Positions 8,000 to 15,201 of a DNA stretch of 15,911 nt are shown piece after piece. This DNA comes from Synechococcus sp. (lineage in GTDB: Bacteria > Cyanobacteriota > Cyanobacteriia > Thermostichales > PCC-7336): positions 1-15,911 of the forward strand of contig JBFRWN010000100.1 of NCBI GenBank assembly GCA_051439605.1, read 5' to 3'. The notes beneath the pieces are model-generated. The model had not been told where the DNA came from. It did not search any database and saw only the letters and a list, made by a program, of their open reading frames with translations. The translations under genes and the position numbers were made by a program. Each line of letters starts with the position of its first letter. Position 1 is the stretch's first letter.

Positions 8000-9223
8000 A
8001 TGAAATATGTTGATGAATTCCGCGATCGCCAAAAAGCCAGCTACCTTTTACGGGAAATCCATACCCTGGTAGAGCAAATCGATATCTGCAAGCAACGACC
8101 CCTGTATTTGATGGAAGTCTGCGGAGGGCATACCCACTCCATCTTCCGCTACGGCATCGAGTCTATGCTACCGGACAAAATCGAGCTGGTTCACGGCCCC
8201 GGTTGCCCAGTTTGCGTTCTGCCCATGGGTCGAGTCGACGACTGCGTTGCCTTGGCAGAACATCCCAACACGATCTTCACCACCTTTGGCGATGCCATAC
8301 GGGTGCGGGGATCTAAACAGAGCCTCTCAGATGCTAAAGCCGCAGGGGCGGATGTCCGCATAGTTTATTCCCCCTTGGATGCCCTTCAACTGGCGCGAAA
8401 ACATCCAGATAAAGAAGTCATATTTTTTGCTCTGGGGTTTGAAACCACTATGCCCAGCACCGCCCTCACGGTGCTGCAAGCTGAAGCAGAAGGCATTCAA
8501 AATTTCTCTCTGTTCTGCAATCACATTACGATTATCCCCACCATTGAAGCGGTACTAGATTCCCCGAAATTGCAGTTGGATGGGTTAATTGGTCCGGGTC
8601 ACGTCAGCATGGTCATCGGTACCAGTCCGTATCGGTTCATTGCCGATCGCTACCATCGACCTGTAGTCATTGCCGGATTTGAACCGCTGGATATTCTGCA
8701 ATCCATTTGGATGGTGCTGAAGCAGCTGGCAGAAGGACGGACCGAGGTAGAGAATCAATACAATCGCATTGTGCCTGAAGCGGGAAATCCCACTGCCCTC
8801 GATGCGATCGGCAAAGTTTTTGAACTGCGGGAATTTTTTGAATGGCGAGGTTTGGGTTCGATCGACCACTCAGGCGTCAAAATCCGACAAGAGTATGCGG
8901 CTTTCGATGCAGAACGCAAGTTCCCCGTTCCCGACGTTACGATTGCCGATCCCAAATCCTGCCAATGCGGGGAGGTGCTCAAAGGTGCCATCAAACCTTG
9001 GGAATGTAAAGTCTTTGGCACTGCTTGTACACCTGAAATTCCCTTAGGTGCGCTGATGGTTTCTTCAGAAGGAGCCTGTGCTGCCTACTACCAATATGGG
9101 GATTTAGAAAAAATCCACCGCAAGAAAGCGCAACTGCAGGTGCAACAGCAACCGGTTGAAGTTGCCGCGAAGCAATCGCCCTTCGCGAAAGCGATCGGCA
9201 ATAGTCATCAGCAAATGCAATGA
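8000..9223 (+). CDS. hypD: Hydrogenase maturation Fe-S protein HypD
   Basis: CGGHTH, GPGCPVC, GFETT and PGHVS motifs plus the C-terminal Cys cluster ending SSEGACAAYY. The start is placed at ATG 8000 (MKYVDEFRD), with a GAGG SD upstream. Confidence 0.98.
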   Translation: MKYVDEFRDRQKASYLLREIHTLVEQIDICKQRPLYLMEVCGGHTHSIFRYGIESMLPDKIELVHGPGCPVCVLPMGRVDDCVALAEHPNTIFTTFGDAIRVRGSKQSLSDAKAAGADVRIVYSPLDALQLARKHPDKEVIFFALGFETTMPSTALTVLQAEAEGIQNFSLFCNHITIIPTIEAVLDSPKLQLDGLIGPGHVSMVIGTSPYRFIADRYHRPVVIAGFEPLDILQSIWMVLKQLAEGRTEVENQYNRIVPEAGNPTALDAIGKVFELREFFEWRGLGSIDHSGVKIRQEYAAFDAERKFPVPDVTIADPKSCQCGEVLKGAIKPWECKVFGTACTPEIPLGALMVSSEGACAAYYQYGDLEKIHRKKAQLQVQQQPVEVAAKQSPFAKAIGNSHQQMQ

Positions 9224-9236
9224 ATGAGTGCGATCT

Positions 9237-10325
9237 ATGAGCGCAGTGATTGAGTTTGAATTAGCAACGGAAGGCAAAAGTCGTCCTAATCGCAGCAAGG
9301 TGCGCGTCCCCAATGTCACTCTTGCCCACGGCGGAGGAGGCAAGGCTATGCGCGACTTAATCGATGATGTGTTTATCGATGTGTTCGATCGCGACAGGGT
9401 AGCCCCTATGGAAGACCAGGCTCGGGTAACTTTGACCGAGCTGGCTACCCACGGCGATCGCCTGGCGCTGACCACCGATTCCTATGTCGTCGATCCCCTC
9501 TTCTTTCCCGGTGGCAACATTGGCAAGTTGGCCGTCTGTGGGACCATCAACGACCTAGCCGTTGGAGGAGCTAAACCCCTGTACCTAACCTGTGCAGTCA
9601 TTGTGGAGGAGGGTCTGCCCCTAGAAACCTTGCGGGAAGTTGCTCGTTCGATGGCAGTGACTGCAGCTGAGGCAGGCATACAAATTGTCACCGGCGATAC
9701 GAAAGTGGTTCACAAAGGAGCCTGCGATAAACTCTTCATCAACACGGCTGGAGTGGGGGTGATTCGAGAAAATTACCATCTTGGGGCAGATAAGGCTCAG
9801 CCCGGAGATGCCATTCTGGTCAACGGTCTGTTGGGGGATCACGGAACCGCTATTTTGAATGCCCGTGGCGATATGGCTCTATCCACGCAGATCGAAAGTG
9901 ACTGTGCGGCCTTGCACGAGTTGATAGATGCGATTCTCACTGTTGCCCCCAATACCCGTTTTCTGAGGGATGCTACCCGAGGGGGGGTTGCGACAGTTTT
10001 AAATGAGATTGCTCAAGACTCTCAAGTGAGTATTGAAATTGCTGAAGAGCAAACCCCAATCCGCTCTGAAGTGAAGGGCTTTTGCGAAATTTTAGGTTTG
10101 GATCCCCTCTATCTGGCTAATGAGGGCAAGGTTGTTTGCGTGGTTCCAGATGCCGAGGCTGAGGCGGCCCTTGCCGCCATGCAGCAACATCCCCTCGGAC
10201 AAGGAGCCGCCCGCATGGGCCGGGTTACAGCAGGACGAGCCGGTCGCGTTGTTATGCAAACCGTTTTTGGGGGACAGCGGATTGTGGATATGTTAGTCGG
10301 CGAGCAATTGCCGAGGATTTGTTAA
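9237..10325 (+). CDS. hypE: Carbamoyl dehydratase HypE
   Basis: LAHGGGGKAM, TTDSYVV, GDTKVV, RDATRGG and ANEG motifs, with the catalytic C-terminal PRIC. ATG 9237 is preferred over GTG 9228. Confidence 0.98.
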   Translation: MSAVIEFELATEGKSRPNRSKVRVPNVTLAHGGGGKAMRDLIDDVFIDVFDRDRVAPMEDQARVTLTELATHGDRLALTTDSYVVDPLFFPGGNIGKLAVCGTINDLAVGGAKPLYLTCAVIVEEGLPLETLREVARSMAVTAAEAGIQIVTGDTKVVHKGACDKLFINTAGVGVIRENYHLGADKAQPGDAILVNGLLGDHGTAILNARGDMALSTQIESDCAALHELIDAILTVAPNTRFLRDATRGGVATVLNEIAQDSQVSIEIAEEQTPIRSEVKGFCEILGLDPLYLANEGKVVCVVPDAEAEAALAAMQQHPLGQGAARMGRVTAGRAGRVVMQTVFGGQRIVDMLVGEQLPRIC

Positions 10326-10364
10326 GTCAAGTTATCCATCTGATTGAGAAAGGAGTTCAGCATT

Positions 10365-11002
10365 ATAGTTGGGACCATTTCCAAAGACGCCACCCAATCC
10401 CTTTCGCCTAGCGACATCAAGCCTACCGAGGGGTTTGCCGGTGAGAATTTTTGGATGGAGGAGAAGTGCAAACCCTGGCCTATAACAGGGCCACGAGCGA
10501 ACATAAAAGCTCGCTCTGGTGGGGAACAGCCATGGGCTTTCGCGCGATGCAAATGGCCGCTAATGGCATGTCCACCAAAGGACTGTGGAGTCGGGAGAAT
10601 TTGTAAATTGTCAGCGGGCATCCCGGTCCAGGCGTATTGGATGCGATCGACTACGTGACCCACTCTCACCAGAACGATCGCTTGCATGTGGTTCAACATC
10701 CTAACTGCCAAAACAAGTGCAACAGTGCCATGAAGTTTGACTGGTGGATTAGCGATGGCGAACGGACGATCGCCGTAAGACTCCGCCCCGATTTTGTCGG
10801 CCAGGATTTTGACGCCCTACCCGATCGCCTGAGACCCAACCAAACCGCTGAGAACCTGAAAGAATTTGAGGTCTCGAAGGTGACTCTATCCACTCGAATT
10901 TGGAATGCCCCTCTAGAAGAAAACTTTAGGATCGAAATCTGGCCTAAAGTTCTAAAACTGGGAGAATTACCTGAAGATGAAGGATTGAAACCAGATCCCT
11001 AG
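10365..11002 (+). pseudogene. Disrupted FmdE-like gene (about 200 aa) immediately downstream of hypE
   Basis: AAGGAG at 10350-10355 is followed 9 nt later by ATA (probably a former ATG). The frame changes around 10431-10452 in T runs. One frame then reads LDGGEVQTLAYNRATSEHKSSLWWGTAMGFRAMQMAANGMSTKGLWSRENL*IVSGHPGPGVLDAIDYVT..., with an in-frame TAA at 10604-10606, and continues into ORF 10637..11002. The GFRA...PGPG..DA...VT pattern resembles FmdE-like proteins. Confidence 0.65.
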
Positions 11003-11617
11003 TTTTATCGGTATAGTATTCGGTATACGAATCGTGCTCCGTAGAATGAGACCCGATCGATGTTCTTGGATTCAAGCCAATTCTCTTAGCAATAAGATTC
11101 ATATCTCGCTCCAAAGTTTCGTATCGGCCAATGTAATCCACAAATTTTTCCCCCGATCGATCAAAAATATAATCGTACTGGGGAATAAAGTGTGAATTGC
11201 TTTCATGCTTGTTCGAGCTTAACAATCCCTTTTCGACTCTATTGTAAAGAGCTTTCACAAAATCTTGAAAATCCAACTGACTCACATCTATAAATCTGTT
11301 GTCGTCATATGTTCTCTTTCTGAGATATTCAGACAGCAATCTATCCCATGGGTTGCGGATGAGATTCATTTGAAATAGCTGTCGAGATAGCGTCGATCTA
11401 TAAATCTCTTCAGGATATCTGGTGTTGCACGATCGAGTTGGTAGCTACCATCTTGAGTATATAGATGTCCATACATGACATTAGTATTTGGCCATTCACG
11501 ATCGAGCTGGCACTTTTCAGGAGCACAACCTGACTCAAACAAAAAGTAATTGATAGAAGTCCCGGCACATCTGGGTATATGCACAAATATGCATTTAAGC
11601 TGATGACAAATAACCAT
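10944..11617 (-). pseudogene. Frameshifted sulfotransferase (Sulfotransfer_2-like)
   Basis: The 5'-PSB motif IFVHIPRCAGTS lies in ORF 11366..11626 (ATG at 11617). The 3'-PB motif IRNPWDRLLSEY plus HFIPQ and YIGRYETL lie in ORF 10944..11369. The halves join across TTC AAA TG AAT CTC (one base missing) at the usual YFK-x-x-x-RNP position. The C-terminus also looks degraded. Confidence 0.85.
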
Positions 11618-12464
11618 TGCGAGCAACGTATTGTAGGACTATCAACGAGAATACTATTAGATAGAAGCCAAGCAGCCAATAAGCCAATGAGAGTCAGGAA
11701 GAAGATCTTTAAGATAGATAGTGCGGACAGGCCCTTCCTTTACATTTAGCAGGGGTAGGCAACCTAATTATATTATCCAATATCTTATCCTAGCCTTATA
11801 AACTATGCATGGATCGTGATGCTTCAGTTGAAAACTCATCAATCCCCAGATCTTCCCGCCATTTTAAAGATCTCTTAAATTGTTAGAACTCTCAACAAAT
11901 AGAGCTCTAACGATCGATGGATAACCGTATGAGTAGACTTATGCTAAATGTGTTCATTTTTATCTGCCATCTACAAGATTATCCTGTACATTCTTGTGAA
12001 AATCTTTGCAAAATCTAAGTGCAGACCCAGATTGCCCCTAGCAATGCTTGTATCTAATATTCTGCCAAGGTATTAGTTATCGCATCAAAGTATCGATATT
12101 TTCTAAACAAAAGCAGGTATTCATGCTGAAGGGTTTTCTATAGGTAACTTGTATGGTTAATATGATTTTATGCATCGTTTAATTGGCGGTAAGAAGTCTA
12201 ACTATGGTGCTCAACAATTGATTTTGCATGGTTAAGGGTTGAGTGCTGCTTCGAGCAACTTTAAAACTTGACGATCTCATTCAGGGATTAGGGGTAAAGG
12301 ACGGTATAGATACAATTCTTGATCAACAGAAAGAAGCTTTGTATTATTAACATTCATCCTTTTACTTTCCTAACTGATTTAAGTTTCCCAAGACATATAA
12401 AGTTAGCGCCCTGACTTCTAGGCCAATTACACGATCGTTTGTACATCAACAGTACAGGTATGTT

Positions 12465-14453
12465 ATGGATAGAAAACTTTTCCGAAAGTTAGCTGTCTTA
12501 ATTTGCGTGTGTTTATTGCCGATCGCAATAGTCACGATTTATGGCAGCAACCTGTTTCCTTCCAGGGCTGATGTCTCACCCACCATCAGTTCCGAGCTCC
12601 CCAGCGATATTCCCGGAGGTGCTTCTGATGCTTCGTTGACCGAAGCTGCCAGATTTGCTTGGCAGGAGTTTATTGCCCTCAACTGGCCGGCGGTCGAGCA
12701 AACCGGTGCTGATGGCGATCGCGATACAGCAGATACCAGTAAGAAACTTGGAGAAAATACTAACGGTGCACCTCTGGTTTGGGAGACCTTTCGACACAAG
12801 GTAGAGATTTACCCGGGTAATCAGCCTACAGAATACGTACCTGGTCCTTACGATGCTCTTCCAGATTATCAATACCAAAACACTATCGATCCTTGCCCAT
12901 CGGTCGACACGGGCTCTACTCCTTGGGTCAACTTGGATGAGAATAGCGAGATCGGTATCGCCAAGATGTTTGCGGGTGAGGACCCCGGCGAGGATGGGGG
13001 AAAATATGCGCCCATGTTCCTGTATTTAGCCAAAGCCAACCGTCAAGAATACGATTACGTCACAAATCAGGGTGAGTATGAGACTGCGGGCAGAAATCGG
13101 TGGAACGGAATCTCTAAGAGTAATTACGATAACCCTAAAGCCACTCCCACAACCAAAGAACAATACAATGCAAAGTTTTTGCCTCTTACCCAGCCAACCA
13201 TTGACTACATGATTGCCAACAAAGACAACGCGCCGCCTGCGAGTTCCGATAAGGTCAGTTTCCCCACCGGAACCATTGAAATTAAGTCCGCTTGGCGCAA
13301 GTTGAGTACTGGTGGTGGCCTCAATGACGATCCCAGTCACTTCCATACTGCCCCAGTCCGTTTTTACGAGCCAGGCTCGGATGGGGGAGCTACTTGTTAC
13401 GTCGATGATGGTAGTAACTGGGGGATGGCTGCGTTACATATTATCCAGAAAACCCCCTCAGCACCTTATTTCATCTATGCAACGTTTAGCCAAGCTGACA
13501 ACATCCGAGATAGTGAAGGGAATCCAGTAGAAACGGCGGCAGGTGAGTATGTAGGTTCGACAGACGCTCCGTTAAACCCATTAACTCCAAATGTGATATC
13601 CAAGCCTGCTCAAAACTATGCTCGACTTCAGAAGGTCGTGAACAGCCTACCTGGTAAAAGTCTCTACTACGAAAATGACGCTGGTGCGGGTGGCGCCTTA
13701 ACGCAAGGTCCTATCACCGTTAATAAGCGTGAAAACCCTATCCCACCAGAGATTCAGAAAGTCAATAGCACTTTCCAGAAAGCGATCGAGGATTACAACG
13801 CTGCAAACGGTATCGAGAACTCACCTTGGCAGTACTACAAACTAGTGAACGTTCAGTACGTGCCGATCGATAAAGTCCCAGGTGTCGGATACGATGGCAC
13901 TTCCAAGACGATTGAGGGAGATGCTACACCAATCGATATCGGTAGCTACTACCTTGCCAATGATGTCGTCGAAACCGACTATACTTTGCAAAAGTTTAGT
14001 GGTGCTTTACAGAACAAAAACATCTGCTCGGATTACACCGGTAAGAAAGAGTTGATGGGAGATGAGCTGACAACTTGTCTCGCAGCTATTAAAGATTCAG
14101 GACTCTGTGATTCCTTGAACTTGACAGGAGACGATCTCACAAAGTGTCAGGAAAAAGGAAAGGTACCTCCAGACAAAGCCCAAGGGTTAATGACTGATTA
14201 CGTTAATCCGTATTATTTGGTTGCTACTGATGGAACGCAGCAGTTCGCAGATACCCACTACAAAAACGTCTTCTACAAGGGAGATGGCTTCAACATGGGT
14301 GGATGTATTGGCTGTCACGGTAATACAGCTAATGCAGGAACTGACTTTAGCTTTATCCTATCTGGAGGATCGGTATTGGCCCCCGATGCGATCGATACTG
14401 CTGAAATCAAAGCTGCAATCAGCGATAATTTCACAGAATTCTTCGCGCAATAG
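12465..14453 (+). CDS. Large secreted/periplasmic cytochrome c-family protein with a single C-terminal CxxCH, 662 aa
   Basis: Sec-type signal or N-terminal anchor (possible SRA|D cleavage) and GCIGCH at 14304-14318. The blocks AWQEFIALNWPA, VWET, EIKSAW, ALHIIQKT, YATFSQ, YYKLVNVQ and YLANDVVET recall a widespread uncharacterised monoheme family. Confidence 0.8.
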   Translation: MDRKLFRKLAVLICVCLLPIAIVTIYGSNLFPSRADVSPTISSELPSDIPGGASDASLTEAARFAWQEFIALNWPAVEQTGADGDRDTADTSKKLGENTNGAPLVWETFRHKVEIYPGNQPTEYVPGPYDALPDYQYQNTIDPCPSVDTGSTPWVNLDENSEIGIAKMFAGEDPGEDGGKYAPMFLYLAKANRQEYDYVTNQGEYETAGRNRWNGISKSNYDNPKATPTTKEQYNAKFLPLTQPTIDYMIANKDNAPPASSDKVSFPTGTIEIKSAWRKLSTGGGLNDDPSHFHTAPVRFYEPGSDGGATCYVDDGSNWGMAALHIIQKTPSAPYFIYATFSQADNIRDSEGNPVETAAGEYVGSTDAPLNPLTPNVISKPAQNYARLQKVVNSLPGKSLYYENDAGAGGALTQGPITVNKRENPIPPEIQKVNSTFQKAIEDYNAANGIENSPWQYYKLVNVQYVPIDKVPGVGYDGTSKTIEGDATPIDIGSYYLANDVVETDYTLQKFSGALQNKNICSDYTGKKELMGDELTTCLAAIKDSGLCDSLNLTGDDLTKCQEKGKVPPDKAQGLMTDYVNPYYLVATDGTQQFADTHYKNVFYKGDGFNMGGCIGCHGNTANAGTDFSFILSGGSVLAPDAIDTAEIKAAISDNFTEFFAQ

Positions 14454-14519
14454 TTTTAAACGTTTGCTTTAGTTCTATCGATGTTTTCAATTAAGGGAGG
14501 AAGCAAATAATCAAAGATT

Positions 14520-14550
14520 CTCTGGCAGCATCTGAACTGCCAGAGTTTTT
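14520..14550 (+). terminator. Rho-independent terminator of the cytochrome c-family gene
   Basis: CTCTGGCAG, an 8-nt loop, CTGCCAGAG (perfect 9-bp stem), then TTTTT. It starts 67 nt after the stop. Confidence 0.88.
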
Positions 14551-14573
14551 CTATGAGAAACCATTTGAAATTG

Positions 14574-14801
14574 TAGCGTAACGCAAAATCCGGCTAGGCT
14601 TAACCCCTAATAAGGACGTTCAATCCTAGTTCCATCTCATTTTGTGTGAGTTAATGTCGGAAGAGGTCTCCTACCGTTGAGAGGACATACCAAGCTTTAA
14701 AGCAAGCAATTGCATTTGCTTACGAACAAGTATCGCTAAAAGATATCGAACACTGGTTTACTTTTTGTGGATACCGTACTTCACTCAACTGAAAACCGCT
14801 A
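14574..14801 (+). mobile_element. IS630-family remnant (transposase C-terminus plus right end; possible left end at 14574)
   Basis: 14682-14792 encodes RTYQALKQAIAFAYEQVSLKDIEHWFTFCGYRTSLN*, typical of cyanobacterial IS630 transposase C-termini. The stop lies inside the terminal repeat GTACTTCACTCAACTGAAAACCGCTA, which ends in TA. TAGCGTAACGCA at 14574 is a weaker candidate left end. Confidence 0.75.
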
Positions 14802-15201
14802 TATATCCCGCTCGGGAAAAAAGGCTGGATGCTTGACACAAGTTAGCCCGACTGTCGCTGAAAGTATTGAGTGAGTTGACCTTATGGCCCTAGACATAAT
14901 GTCCTACCTTGCATGGCCAAAGCTTAAGGTTGCCTAACGAAGGGGCTACCGAACGTGAATCGCTGATAAGCAATAAAAAAACATGACAATCAAGTCATGT
15001 GCATGTAAATTATATACATCTTTTTTCGTGTTGGTGTATTTTCTGTTGCAAAAATTGCGCCTTCATGATATTGCGCAGGCGTTATCTGTTGTATCGAATG
15101 CTTGCGTTGTTCGTAACTCGAGGTGCTATCGAGGATTGCTTGGCAGTTTTGACGAAATCAATTTCGATATTCATTGATGAGGAGATCCCAAGGTATTAAT
15201 T

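Larger units (their letters stand above)
1257..12722. repeat. Dispersed HIP1 octamers (GCGATCGC)
   Basis: Copies found by eye at 1257, 2494, 3887, 4000, 4088, 5832, 7212, 7311, 7347, 7620, 8022, 9454 and 12715. This density is diagnostic of cyanobacterial DNA. Confidence 0.9.

Noticed and set aside
5492..9842. Many short alternative-frame and antisense ORFs inside hypFCDE
   Set aside because: They are shadow ORFs of well-supported genes. The same applies to those inside 506-3978 and 12465-14453.
10322..10711. ORFs 10344..10658 (+) and 10322..10711 (-) as independent genes
   Set aside because: They are better explained as the 5' fragment of the FmdE-like pseudogene reading into a wrong frame, and its antisense shadow.
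11883..11910. CIRCE-like element (TTAGAACTC-N10-GAGCTCTAA)
   Set aside because: It has three mismatches to TTAGCACTC-N9-GAGTGCTAA, the wrong spacer length and no adjacent chaperone gene. It is kept only as a generic inverted repeat.
12441..12455. NtcA/LexA-like site GTACATCAACAGTAC before the cytochrome gene
   Set aside because: The spacing is GTA-N9-TAC rather than N8, it does not fit the cyanobacterial LexA spacing, and it lies in the ribosome-binding region.
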